Source: an uncultured Clostridia bacterium
Lineage (GTDB): Bacteria; Bacillota; Clostridia; Christensenellales; Borkfalkiaceae
Assembly: GCA_964385865.1 (NCBI GenBank)
Contig: CAYLQK010000001.1
Coordinates: 1-36,317 of the forward strand
Length of the DNA stretch: 36,317 nucleotides
Reading direction: 5' to 3'
Shown here: in pieces, positions 1-8,651 of the stretch
How the letters are laid out: the number at the start of each line of letters is the position of its first letter
Position numbering within the stretch: position 1 is the stretch's first letter
Notes under the pieces: generated by a model
Told to the model about the DNA's origin: nothing
Seen by the model: only the letters and a program-made list of their open reading frames with translations
Databases searched by the model: none
Position numbers and translations under genes: made by a program

Positions 1-146
1 TAAAATAACAATTTAATATATTTTAGCACATTTCAATTTTTACTTCAATACTTTGGCGAAGCTAATTATGCCATAAAACATACCATTTATGCTGACAGCG
101 TCAAAATATTATAATTAAAAAAATTTTTTTCTTAATATAAAAACGC

Positions 147-174
147 TTGCAAAATCAGATTTATTTGTTATAAT
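147..174 (+). promoter_or_regulatory. sigma-A-type promoter for tRNA-Thr
   Basis: TTGCAA (147-152), 16-nt spacer, extended -10 TGtTATAAT (TATAAT 169-174). It lies 17 nt upstream of the tRNA 5' end. Confidence 0.5.
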
Positions 175-191
175 AGAAAAGTCGATTGGTT

Positions 192-267
192 GCTAATATG
201 GCTCAGCTGGTAGAGCAGCTGATTCGTAATCAGCAGGTCGCCGGTTCGAATCCGGCTATTAGCTCCA
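192..267 (+). tRNA. tRNA-Thr, anticodon CGU, CCA encoded
   Basis: Hand-folded cloverleaf. Acceptor GCTAATA/TATTAGC, D arm GCTC-AGCTGGTA-GAGC, anticodon stem GCTGA/TCAGC with loop TTCGTAA (anticodon CGT). Variable loop AGGTC, T arm GCCGG-TTCGAAT-CCGGC, discriminator T, then CCA. Confidence 0.93.
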
Positions 268-270
268 CAA

Positions 271-303
271 GCACGGCGAGGTTTATGCTCGCCGTGCTTT
301 TTT
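271..303 (+). terminator. intrinsic terminator after tRNA-Thr
   Basis: GCACGGCGAG / CTCGCCGTGC 10-bp stem with a 7-nt loop, followed by TTTTTT. Confidence 0.8.
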
Positions 304-310
304 GTATAGA

Positions 311-341
311 CTAAACCCACCGGCATAGCCGGTGGGTTTAG
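311..341. repeat. perfect 14-bp inverted repeat with 3-nt loop
   Basis: CTAAACCCACCGGC-ATA-GCCGGTGGGTTTAG. There is no long U tract on either strand. Confidence 0.6.
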
Positions 342-498
342 TTTACACTGAAATATCCCGGGGGATTATTATTCGTTGTCAACGGTTAAGTACGCTTCAA
401 AACGCTTTTAATTTTAAAACACGTCGACCGTTATTTTTATCTTTCAACGCCAAAACACGGCAAAACATAAAATTAGATTACAAAAAATATCATATACT

Positions 499-1176
499 AT
501 GTTCAGGAGCAAACAGAGCGCCGCATTTTTCATTTCAATAATTGCGGTTCTACTTATTACGGTATGTATATGCGTTTCGCTCGCCACTTGTTCGGGCAGT
601 GAATTGTCTATAGATATCTCATACTACTTTGTCTGCTACCGCACAGCCGACAACACGGTATCGGCAAGTTCGCTATCGGGAACGGCGTCGAGTTACGGCG
701 GAGCAGGATATATATTGTGCTATGACGACAAATACTACATAACGGTATCCTGCTATTACAAGCAAAAAGACGCCGAATCGGTCAACGCAAGCCTTAACAG
801 AAGAGACCTTGATTGTTCCGTCCTCGCGATAGAGCTTGATTCGCTGAATTTACAGAGCAATTCAGCCAAAAACAACGCCGAGCTGTATAAAGGCAACATA
901 AACACGCTGCATTCACTTTCAATCCTTGCATATGAATGCGCAAACAACGTCGATACGGGACAGTTCAATCAAACAAAAGCAAAAGATGTAATAACCGCGA
1001 TAAATACGGGACTAAAAGGGCTTCTTAAAGCGAACCCCGACAACTGTTTTACACACAATATAGAAAAACTTATCGCCGAATGCGAAGACAAGTCCGACGG
1101 GTACTTATATTCAAAAGATATTCGATATTTGCAGATAGCAATAATAGACGTGATAATCAACACAATTCTTATATAA
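499..1176 (+). CDS. hypothetical protein with an N-terminal membrane anchor; possible SPOR-like domain followed by a helical C-terminal region
   Basis: 225-aa ORF with an N-terminal hydrophobic helix (AAFFISIIAVLLITVCICVSLA). Residues ~40-100 (YYFVCY...GGAGYIL..DDKYYITVSCYYKQKDAESV) have a beta-alpha-beta-beta pattern reminiscent of SPOR domains. It lies 13 nt upstream of the deacetylase gene. The Shine-Dalgarno is weak. Confidence 0.55.
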   Translation: MFRSKQSAAFFISIIAVLLITVCICVSLATCSGSELSIDISYYFVCYRTADNTVSASSLSGTASSYGGAGYILCYDDKYYITVSCYYKQKDAESVNASLNRRDLDCSVLAIELDSLNLQSNSAKNNAELYKGNINTLHSLSILAYECANNVDTGQFNQTKAKDVITAINTGLKGLLKANPDNCFTHNIEKLIAECEDKSDGYLYSKDIRYLQIAIIDVIINTILI

Positions 1177-1189
1177 CACATATTGTAAA

Positions 1190-1924
1190 ATGCGGAAAAT
1201 TGCGCAAAATATGGTTATGAACAGAAATTTCACCGCTTTTTGCGCCGCAATGCTGGCTTTCGCACTATTGATCTCCTTTTGCGGAAGCCTATGGACGAAC
1301 AATAACAGAATTTCACTTGCAGACAACTCGCAAACGGTAACGATAAAGACCGTATATCTGACTTTTGACGACGGTCCGAGCGACAGAGTTACGCCGAAAA
1401 TCCTTGATATCCTTGCGGAAGAACAGGTCAAAGCCACGTTCTTTATTATAGGCAATCAGGCGGAAACGAGAAAATATCTCATAGAGAGAGAGTTCAACGA
1501 AGGACACACCATAGGCGTTCATTCATATTCGCATAAATATAAGGATATTTACGCCAATGCCGAAACCCTTATAAAAGATATAGATTGCTGCAATGAAATA
1601 ATAAAAAACGTTACGGGAAAATACTCGGCCATTTACAGATTTCCCGGGGGAAGCTACGGCCTATCCGACAGACTTATTACCGCGGTAACTTCTCACGGAT
1701 TGAGATATATCGACTGGAACGCCTCAACAAGGGACGCTGAAATATACAAAGCAACGCCCTACCAGCTCTATCGCGCAGCTATGACAACGGCTAAAACCGC
1801 GTCTGACACGGATAATATTGTTTTGCTTGCCCACGACTCCACGTCAAAATCCGCCACGGCGGACGCTTTAAGAGATATTATCAGAGATTTTAAATCACAA
1901 GGATACTTGTTCAACGCTTTTTGA
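1190..1924 (+). CDS. polysaccharide (peptidoglycan/chitooligosaccharide) deacetylase, NodB-homology family, membrane anchored
   Basis: NodB motifs TFDDGPS, HSYSH and RFPGG, with an N-terminal TM segment (FTAFCAAMLAFALLISF). Confidence 0.9.
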   Translation: MRKIAQNMVMNRNFTAFCAAMLAFALLISFCGSLWTNNNRISLADNSQTVTIKTVYLTFDDGPSDRVTPKILDILAEEQVKATFFIIGNQAETRKYLIEREFNEGHTIGVHSYSHKYKDIYANAETLIKDIDCCNEIIKNVTGKYSAIYRFPGGSYGLSDRLITAVTSHGLRYIDWNASTRDAEIYKATPYQLYRAAMTTAKTASDTDNIVLLAHDSTSKSATADALRDIIRDFKSQGYLFNAF

Positions 1925-1940
1925 AAAATAAGCGGAATAA

Positions 1941-1975
1941 ATGAAGCCCGCAGAGTGGATCTCTGCGGGCTTCAT
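1941..1975. terminator. bidirectional intrinsic terminator between convergent genes
   Basis: ATGAAGCCCGCAGAG-TGGAT-CTCTGCGGGCTTCAT, a 15-bp perfect stem between the deacetylase stop (1924) and the pyrE stop (1987). Confidence 0.8.
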
Positions 1976-1986
1976 TCCGTTACATA

Positions 1987-2643
1987 TCAATCCACGCCGT
2001 AAGTTGCGCGGTATTCTTTCATCTTATCAAGATATTCTTTGCCCTCTATTATTCCGTCCTCTATGGCGGATATAATATCAGCCATATTGACTATTGAGAA
2101 AACTTTGACGCCGAATTCCCTATAAACTTCCTGTACTGCGGAAAGCTCAGAATCCAGCCCGCGTTCCATTCTGTCTACCGAGATAACCATTGCGGCAACC
2201 TCTACGTTTGCCGCCTGTTTAAGTTTAGGGAGAAGCTCTCTCAACGCTTTGCCTGAAGTCATTACGTCTTCTACAATAATTACCTTCTCTCCGTCTGAAA
2301 GCTGTTTACCTACAAACAGTCCGCCCTCGCCGTGATCTTTGACTTCCTTTCTGTCAAAGCAATAATTAAGGTCAATTTTAAATTTATCATACAGAGAGAC
2401 GGCGGTAGTTACGGCAAGCGGAATGCCCTTGTACGCAGGTCCAACGAGTGTATCAGCCTTAATTTTGTTATCATAAATACATTGTGCATAGTACTCTCCC
2501 AGACGTAATAGCTGTGAACCGGAGCGATAATTGCCTGTATTTATGAAATACGGAGCTTTTCTTCCGCTCTTTAAAGTGAATTCGCCGAATTTGAGGACAC
2601 CGTTTTCAACCATAAATTTAATAAATTGCTGCTTATAATCCAT
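1987..2643 (-). CDS. pyrE: orotate phosphoribosyltransferase
   Basis: FGEFTLKSGRKAPYFIN N-terminal signature, PRPP-binding loop VIIVEDVMTSGKA, last gene of the pyr operon. Confidence 0.93.
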   Translation of the reverse strand: MDYKQQFIKFMVENGVLKFGEFTLKSGRKAPYFINTGNYRSGSQLLRLGEYYAQCIYDNKIKADTLVGPAYKGIPLAVTTAVSLYDKFKIDLNYCFDRKEVKDHGEGGLFVGKQLSDGEKVIIVEDVMTSGKALRELLPKLKQAANVEVAAMVISVDRMERGLDSELSAVQEVYREFGVKVFSIVNMADIISAIEDGIIEGKEYLDKMKEYRATYGVD

Positions 2644-2655
2644 ATACTTTTCCTC

Positions 2656-3570
2656 TCAATTATTCAGGGCAAGCACGCCCACAATTTCATTTATATCCTT
2701 GATACCGTGGTCATCGAGCCAACGGTTTGCCTCTTCGATTATTTCAGGCATAGCGTTTGCGTTTGTGAAATTGGCGGTTCCGACCTGCACGGCACGAGCG
2801 CCGCACATCATAAATTCAATTACGTCAGTGCCGCACGTAATACCGCCCATTCCCACTACGGGGATATCGACAGAGTGAGCGGCTTCATATACCATACGCA
2901 GAGCTATCGGCTTGATGCCCGCTCCGGAAACGCCGCCGGTATTGTTGGCTATTACCGGTCTGCGCTTTTCAATATCTATAGCCATACCGGTAAGAGTATT
3001 TATAAGCGATATGCAGTCCGCGCCCCCTCTCTGCGCAGCCTGCGCGTTTATAGGAATACTTTCGACGTTCGGAGACAACTTTACCATTAACGGCGTGTTC
3101 TGCAGCGCGCTTTTAGCCACTTTTGTAACCTGCATTATACTTTCGGGCTTGATACCGAAAGCCATACCGCCCGCTCTTACATTAGGGCAGGAAATATTCA
3201 GCTCGACAATATCAACTTTTCCGTCAAGTCTTGAACAAATCTCCCCGTATTCGTCAAAGGATTTACCGGCAACGTTGGCAATCACGGCAATATCCTTAGT
3301 TCTTAAAAACGGGAGATCGTTTTGTATGAAATGGTCGACACCGGGGTTCTGAAGCCCGACGGCGTTTAAAATAACGCTTTTGCCCTCGGCAATGCGCGGA
3401 ACGGGATTCCCGAGCCGAGGCTCCAAAGTCATACCCTTAGTACTTATACCGCCCAACTTCGAAATATCATAAATACAATCGTATTCTCTGCCAAACCCGA
3501 AAGTTCCGCTCGCCGCAATAATCGGATTTTTTAAATTGACACCGCAAATATCTACAGATAAACCAGCCAT
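2656..3570 (-). CDS. pyrD: dihydroorotate dehydrogenase 1B, catalytic subunit
   Basis: Motifs SGTFGFG, GGISTKG, NISCPN (catalytic Cys) and GGI. The track ORF begins at a GTG (3579). ATG 3570 sits 6 nt behind AGGTG and gives MAGLSVDICG. Confidence 0.93.
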   Translation of the reverse strand: MAGLSVDICGVNLKNPIIAASGTFGFGREYDCIYDISKLGGISTKGMTLEPRLGNPVPRIAEGKSVILNAVGLQNPGVDHFIQNDLPFLRTKDIAVIANVAGKSFDEYGEICSRLDGKVDIVELNISCPNVRAGGMAFGIKPESIMQVTKVAKSALQNTPLMVKLSPNVESIPINAQAAQRGGADCISLINTLTGMAIDIEKRRPVIANNTGGVSGAGIKPIALRMVYEAAHSVDIPVVGMGGITCGTDVIEFMMCGARAVQVGTANFTNANAMPEIIEEANRWLDDHGIKDINEIVGVLALNN

Positions 3571-3620
3571 TAAAAGCACCTATTTCAAAAAGCATAATCT
3601 TGTTCCCGTCTTTGACGCCG

Positions 3621-4382
3621 TTATAAAATCACGTCGTTTATGTCAAATACGGGACCGTCGCGGCAAACGCGGGCATTCGCACCGTTTTCTTGCCTGCACA
3701 CGCAGACAAGGCACGCGCCTATACCGCAGCCCATCCGCTCTTCCAACGAAACGTAGCAGGGTGCGTCGACGCCGTATTCTGCGTATTTTTGTTTTAAAAT
3801 TTTAAGCATAACCGGCGGTCCGCAAGCTATTATGCAATCAACTTTGAGGTTTTCTCTATTCCCAAAAAAAGCGTCTATAGCGTTTCCTTTCTTTCCGTAA
3901 CTACCGTCATCGGTCGTTATACAAAGGGTATCGCTCTTTTCCAGCTCGTCCATAAGGCAAATTGCGGACTTGTTCCTGAATCCTATAAAAGAATAAAAGT
4001 TCTTGGTCTCTTTATACTCGCGTATCGTGGCGACAAGCGGAAAAATACCTACGCCGCCGCCTATAACGGCAATGTTTTTCTTGCCTTCGAGATTGAACCC
4101 GTTTCCAAGCGGCAGAAGCACGCGAAGCTTTTGTCCCTCTTTAACTTTTGAAAGCTTTACGGTCCCCTCGCCCTTAATCTGGTAGCATACCGTAATCTCG
4201 TCGCCTTCGACTTTCGTTATTCCGAGCGGTCGCCTTAAAAGGAGCGAATCCTCACCCGTCGAAAGGTTTACAAACTGACCGCCGCGTATTTTCCCTACGC
4301 TTTCGGGCAGCTCAAGCGTCATCATATTAACGTTACGGGCAATCTCGCGATTGCCCTTGACTGTTGCAATTAAATCTTTCAT
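3621..4382 (-). CDS. pyrK: dihydroorotate dehydrogenase 1B electron-transfer (FAD/2Fe-2S) subunit
   Basis: RRPLGI flavin motif, VIGGGVGIFP nucleotide-binding motif, and a C-terminal Cys cluster CGIGACLVCVC...C. The start overlaps the pyrF stop (TAATG). Confidence 0.9.
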   Translation of the reverse strand: MKDLIATVKGNREIARNVNMMTLELPESVGKIRGGQFVNLSTGEDSLLLRRPLGITKVEGDEITVCYQIKGEGTVKLSKVKEGQKLRVLLPLGNGFNLEGKKNIAVIGGGVGIFPLVATIREYKETKNFYSFIGFRNKSAICLMDELEKSDTLCITTDDGSYGKKGNAIDAFFGNRENLKVDCIIACGPPVMLKILKQKYAEYGVDAPCYVSLEERMGCGIGACLVCVCRQENGANARVCRDGPVFDINDVIL

Positions 4383-5296
4383 TATCTTCCGATTTTACCA
4401 ATCGCGCCGATCAAATCCTGCTGCATATCCAAGCAAGCGGCACGCGCCGCGTCGTAATAATTCATTCCGCTGTACTCGGGGTTCTTATAAGCGCAGATTA
4501 TTCCGCGCGAGCTGTTGACTATGCCGCCGAGTCCGCGTTTATCGAAACAAACCTTGAGCATATCCGCACTTCCTCCCTGCGCGCCGTAGCCGGGAATCAA
4601 GAAGAACGTTGAAGGAAGCCTCTTCCTGAGATTTTCGGCTTCTTCGGGGTGCGTGGCGCCGACCACGGCGCCTACCTCGGAGTAGCCGTATTTACCTATC
4701 GTATCCTTGCCCCATTCGGCAACGAGATCGCCCATCTTCTCGTAAACGTACTCACCGCTTGCAAGTTTTAAATTCTGCAATTCCCCGCTCGAGGGATTGG
4801 AAGTCTTTACAAGGACAAAAATCGATTTGTCGGCGGACTTTATATCCTGCAAAAACGGATTTATACCGTCGGAACCGAGGTAGCCGTTGACCGTAAGCAT
4901 ATCCGCAGGAAAGGATTCGATGTTTTTGTCGTTGACGCGGGTAGAACCGAGGTAAGCTTTCGAGTAACAGCTCGCCGTGGATCCGATATCGTTGCGTTTA
5001 CAATCCGCAATCACGATCATTCCCCTGCCGCGGGCGTAGTTTATCGTGTAGTCGAACGCTCTCAGTCCTTCATACCCATACATTTCGTAATAAGCTACCT
5101 GAACTTTTACCGCAGGCACGATATCACAGACCTTGTCTATGATATTCATATTAAACTCGGTTATCCGTTCCGTGGCGCCCTCAAACGTGGATATGTCGTC
5201 CCGCATTTCATCGGGTAAATAATCAAAACTCGTGTCCAGTCCTACGCAGGTAGGATTTTGCATTTCAATAATTTTTTCTATCAATGCGTCTATCAT
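4382..5296 (-). CDS. pyrF: orotidine 5'-phosphate decarboxylase (long, type 2)
   Basis: VGLD near the N-terminus, IADCKRNDIGST catalytic DxKxxD block, ~300 aa as in type 2 enzymes. Confidence 0.9.
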   Translation of the reverse strand: MIDALIEKIIEMQNPTCVGLDTSFDYLPDEMRDDISTFEGATERITEFNMNIIDKVCDIVPAVKVQVAYYEMYGYEGLRAFDYTINYARGRGMIVIADCKRNDIGSTASCYSKAYLGSTRVNDKNIESFPADMLTVNGYLGSDGINPFLQDIKSADKSIFVLVKTSNPSSGELQNLKLASGEYVYEKMGDLVAEWGKDTIGKYGYSEVGAVVGATHPEEAENLRKRLPSTFFLIPGYGAQGGSADMLKVCFDKRGLGGIVNSSRGIICAYKNPEYSGMNYYDAARAACLDMQQDLIGAIGKIGR

Positions 5297-5307
5297 AATT
5301 TGTTCCT

Positions 5308-6573
5308 TTATTCTCCGTATTTTATTTCTCCGTCAACTATAGTATAAACGACTTTACCGAAAACCTCAAAACCGTTGAAAGGGGTATTTTTCCCCTTAGA
5401 GAGAAATTTTTTACCGTCTATAACGTATTCTTCGTTTAAATCAACTATCGTCAAATCCGCGACGCCGTCCTTTACGATTTCACCGCCTTTAAGTCCGAGA
5501 ACCCGTGCAGGATTGTAGCTCATTCTGTCGATAAGTTGGGATAAAGTCAGATAACCCTTTTTGACAAGATATGTATAACTCAATGAAAAGCTCGTCTCGA
5601 GCCCGCTAATACCGAAAGCGGCGAGATTGTATTCAACCTGTTTATCCTTTAAAGCGTGGGGCGCGTGGTCCGTTACTATACAATCCAGAGTTCCGTCCTT
5701 GATTCCCTCTATTATCGCCGTTCTGTCCTTTTCTTCACGCACAGGAGGGTTTACCTTTGTGTTGGTATCGAAAGTAGTAATAACGTCGTCGGTCAGGATA
5801 AAGTAATGCGGACAGGTCTCCGCGGTTACCCTGACGCCGCGCCTCTTAGCGTTGCGGATAATATCAACGCCGCTATACGTTGAGACGTGGCAGATATGGA
5901 CGGGAACCCCGAGACTTTCCGCAAGCGAAATATCACGGGCTATCATAATATCCTCAGCCGCGCGCAAACTGCCTTTTAACCCCGTTAGCGTGGAATTGTA
6001 CCCCTCGTTGACCACTCCTCCGTCAACAAGATTTTTATCTTCGCAATGGCATAGACACTTCAAGCCGAAACCGCTTGCATATTCCATTGCAAGGCGCATA
6101 ATATTCGAGTCCATAACGGATTTGCCGTCGTCGCTCAGCGCAACCGCACCCGCGTCTTTCATCTTTCCGATGTCCGACAGCGCAGTGCCCTGTTCACCCT
6201 TTGTGATTGCGCCTATGGGATTGATTTTACATAATCCGACCTGCTGCTGTCTGTATTTAATATAGGAAACCACAACCGCGTTATCGCAGACGGGATCGGT
6301 GTTCGGCATACAGCAAACCTGCGTAAAGCCTCCCGCGACAGCCGCCCTTGAACCGCTTTCAATATCTTCTTTGCCCTCGAATCCGGGTTCGCGCAAATGG
6401 ACGTGCATATCGATAAGCCCGGGCAAAACGTGCTTTCCGCTCGCGTCTATCGTTCTGCAATCGGCATCTATATTTTGTTCAATCTTTACAATTTTACCGT
6501 CTTCCAGAAGAACGTCCGCCTTTCTCTCGCCTTCCCTCGACACGATCGTGCCGTTCTTTATCAAAAGTTTCAT
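5308..6573 (-). CDS. pyrC: dihydroorotase
   Basis: DMHVHLREPG metal-binding HxH motif and VTDHAPH. ATGA overlap with the pyrB stop. Confidence 0.93.
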   Translation of the reverse strand: MKLLIKNGTIVSREGERKADVLLEDGKIVKIEQNIDADCRTIDASGKHVLPGLIDMHVHLREPGFEGKEDIESGSRAAVAGGFTQVCCMPNTDPVCDNAVVVSYIKYRQQQVGLCKINPIGAITKGEQGTALSDIGKMKDAGAVALSDDGKSVMDSNIMRLAMEYASGFGLKCLCHCEDKNLVDGGVVNEGYNSTLTGLKGSLRAAEDIMIARDISLAESLGVPVHICHVSTYSGVDIIRNAKRRGVRVTAETCPHYFILTDDVITTFDTNTKVNPPVREEKDRTAIIEGIKDGTLDCIVTDHAPHALKDKQVEYNLAAFGISGLETSFSLSYTYLVKKGYLTLSQLIDRMSYNPARVLGLKGGEIVKDGVADLTIVDLNEEYVIDGKKFLSKGKNTPFNGFEVFGKVVYTIVDGEIKYGE

Positions 6574-7499
6574 AAACAGTTCTCCCTGTATTCGGAAAGT
6601 AGTTTTAAAAGCGCCATTCTGACCGCAACCCCGCAGGTAACCTGCTCCGTTATTTCACTCCTGTTTCCGTCAATGAGCGTCGGCGTAAGCTCCACTCCCC
6701 TGTTTACGGGACCGGGATGGAGAATAATCGCATTTTTATTGGCTTTTTCCAGCAATTCGTCCTTTATGCCGTAAAATTTACTATATTCCGAAAGCGAAGG
6801 AAACAGCCCGCCGTGTTGGCGCTCCAACTGTATCCTCAGACCCATTATCGCGTCGGCACCCTCTATCGCCTCGTCGCGCGATTTGGCAACCTTTGCACCG
6901 AGTTTTTCTATCGCCTTAGGCATAAGCGTTTCCGGCGAATACATTACGACTTCGGCGCCGAGCTTTTTCAGCCCGAAAAGATTGCTTTTCGCCACTCTGC
7001 TATGCTTTATATCGCCTAAAATAGCCACTTTAAGACCGCTTATTCTGCCGAACCTGCGCCGTATCGCAAGCATATCGAGAAGCGCCTGCGTGGGATGCTC
7101 GTTCATACCGTCGCCGCCGTTAATCACGCTTGCCTTTACGTTTTCCGCGAGCAGTTTAGGCGCCCCCGCCATAGGGTGGCGTATAGCTATGAAATCTATC
7201 TTCATCGCGTCAAGCGTTTTGCCCGTATCGATCAGCGTTTCGCCTTTCTGCACGGAACTTGTAGCTACGGATACGTTTACTTCGTTCGCACCGAGATATT
7301 TTCCGGCAAGCTCAAAGGACGTGCGCGTACGCGTACTGTTTTCATAAAACAGCGTTATGAGCGATTTTCCGGCAAGCACGTTCAGATTTTTGGCTTTGCA
7401 GGATAAAAACTTGCGCATTTCGTCGGCGGCGTCCAAAATTTCGGTAATTTCTTCCGCGCTGCAATCATACAGACCAAGCAAATCTTTCTTTTTAAGCAT
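6570..7499 (-). CDS. pyrB: aspartate carbamoyltransferase catalytic subunit
   Basis: Motifs STRTRTSFE, HPTQALLD and HPGPVNRG. Confidence 0.95.
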   Translation of the reverse strand: MLKKKDLLGLYDCSAEEITEILDAADEMRKFLSCKAKNLNVLAGKSLITLFYENSTRTRTSFELAGKYLGANEVNVSVATSSVQKGETLIDTGKTLDAMKIDFIAIRHPMAGAPKLLAENVKASVINGGDGMNEHPTQALLDMLAIRRRFGRISGLKVAILGDIKHSRVAKSNLFGLKKLGAEVVMYSPETLMPKAIEKLGAKVAKSRDEAIEGADAIMGLRIQLERQHGGLFPSLSEYSKFYGIKDELLEKANKNAIILHPGPVNRGVELTPTLIDGNRSEITEQVTCGVAVRMALLKLLSEYRENCL

Positions 7500-7537
7500 A
7501 AATCCTCAATTCTTCTTTTGTATAAGTTCGAAGGCAG

Positions 7538-7626
7538 AAAAAAAGCGGTAAAGACACGCAAACGCTTTATGCGTCCACTCCTGCCCTTTCCGCTTTGAAA
7601 TTAAAACGTCTGCAAATTACCAAACG
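7538..7626 (-). promoter_or_regulatory. pyr operon leader with two terminator-like hairpins (candidate transcription attenuator)
   Basis: On the minus strand, CGUUUG-guaauuug-CAGACG is followed by UUUUAAUUU. After it, a composite hairpin AAAGCGGAAA...(inner GGACGCA/UGCGUgUC)...UUUaCCGCUUU ends in a 7-U run, about 40 nt before the pyrB ATG. Confidence 0.4.
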
Positions 7627-7644
7627 AATAATTTTATGTTTCAT
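7567..7644 (-). CDS. candidate 25-aa leader peptide of the pyr operon (MKHKIIRLVICRRFNFKAERAGVDA)
   Basis: The ATG-to-TAA ORF spans hairpin 1 and the 5' arm of hairpin 2. The stop is immediately followed by AAAGCG, which can pair with the terminator 3' arm. The Shine-Dalgarno is poor (AGG at -14, GGTG too close). Confidence 0.25.
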   Translation of the reverse strand: MKHKIIRLVICRRFNFKAERAGVDA

Positions 7645-7676
7645 ACACCAGAACCTGTACAAATCAAATTTTAAAA

Positions 7677-7705
7677 AGTATAACATAAACGTAAAATAAA
7701 GTAAA
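7677..7705 (-). promoter_or_regulatory. candidate pyr operon promoter
   Basis: Minus strand TTTACT, 17 nt, TGtTATACT (extended -10). This predicts a leader of about 170 nt. Confidence 0.4.
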
Positions 7706-7759
7706 GTGAAGAACGTAAAAAAATTTTGAAATTAAGAAAAAAATTCAATAATTGACTTT

Positions 7760-8455
7760 TTAAAAAATTATTTGCAGACTGAACCCCACCTTATCACAGG
7801 AGGTCAGCACGTATTCTATTCCGTTTTTTACGGTACGACGCGGGAAATAGTTTTCCCCGTGTATGTGCCCGAAAATTACCTTATCCGCCGAATTCTCCTC
7901 GAACATCTTAGTGAAAAGAGTCTCGGGAGATTTCATACTAAACGGCGGATAGTGTATCATTACTATCAGCTTATCGCCGTCCCGCCTTACCTTTTCCACT
8001 TCTTTGAAGCACAGTTTGAAACGCTCGACCTCTCTTAAGTACAATTTTTCGTCTCTTTCCGTATAGTCGCTGCTGCCGGGACAAGACCAGCCGCGGGAAC
8101 CGCAAATAACGTAGTCGTCAAGTCTGATACAATCGTTCTGCAAAAAGAAGAAAGTCTCGTCGGGTGCGCCGTCCCTGAGTTTCGTTATTCCGTCCCACCA
8201 GTAGTCGTGGTTGCCGCGGATAAACACCTTGCGCCCCTTAAGCTCTTTTAGCGAGCGCAAGTCGTACAATCCCTCTTCCAGAACGGTCCCCCAACTGATA
8301 TCGCCGCATATGAGTACGATATCTTCATCCTTTACTTTTTTTTGCCAATCAGTTTTAATTTTTTCAAAGTGATTCTCCCATCCCGCGCCGAAAATATCCA
8401 TAGGCTTGTCAGATACTCCCGACAAATGTAAATCGCTGATCGAAAAGATATTCAT
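7760..8455 (-). CDS. metallophosphoesterase (calcineurin-like)
   Basis: Motifs SDLHLS, GDISW, GNHDYWW and GHIHG in canonical order. Confidence 0.85.
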   Translation of the reverse strand: MNIFSISDLHLSGVSDKPMDIFGAGWENHFEKIKTDWQKKVKDEDIVLICGDISWGTVLEEGLYDLRSLKELKGRKVFIRGNHDYWWDGITKLRDGAPDETFFFLQNDCIRLDDYVICGSRGWSCPGSSDYTERDEKLYLREVERFKLCFKEVEKVRRDGDKLIVMIHYPPFSMKSPETLFTKMFEENSADKVIFGHIHGENYFPRRTVKNGIEYVLTSCDKVGFSLQIIF

Positions 8456-8590
8456 AGCACAATGTTATCATTTTTTTTGGAAATTATAAAGCGATTTTTC
8501 CATTATTTTAAAATTAACAGATTAACAAAAATCCGCTTATTATGTCTGATAAAGTACTTTGTTAATGCTTGATAATAACTTTAATATAGC

Positions 8591-8629
8591 AAAAATAGCG
8601 GCGGAAACCGCATAAAATGCGTCCGCCGC
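8591..8629 (-). terminator. intrinsic terminator after the 216-aa ORF
   Basis: Minus strand GCGGCGGA-CGCAT-ttt-ATGCG-gtt-TCCGCCGC, followed by TATTTTT. Confidence 0.75.
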
Positions 8630-8651
8630 GTTATGATAATATGATATCCCT

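Noticed and set aside
192-500. tRNA-Thr as an integration site for a genomic island.
   Set aside because: No integrase, no recombinase and no obvious direct repeat of the tRNA 3' end were seen downstream. The neighbouring genes are ordinary envelope and pyrimidine genes.
332-541. 69-aa ORF between the tRNA and the first CDS.
   Set aside because: It starts inside the inverted repeat, has no RBS, runs through AT-rich intergenic DNA and overlaps the start of the better-supported 499-1176 ORF.
7500-7670. PyrR-binding anti-antiterminator loop in the pyr leader.
   Set aside because: I looked for the UCCAGAGAGG-type loop. The closest string is GGGCAGGAGUGG, which matches poorly. I cannot call it without a covariance-model search.
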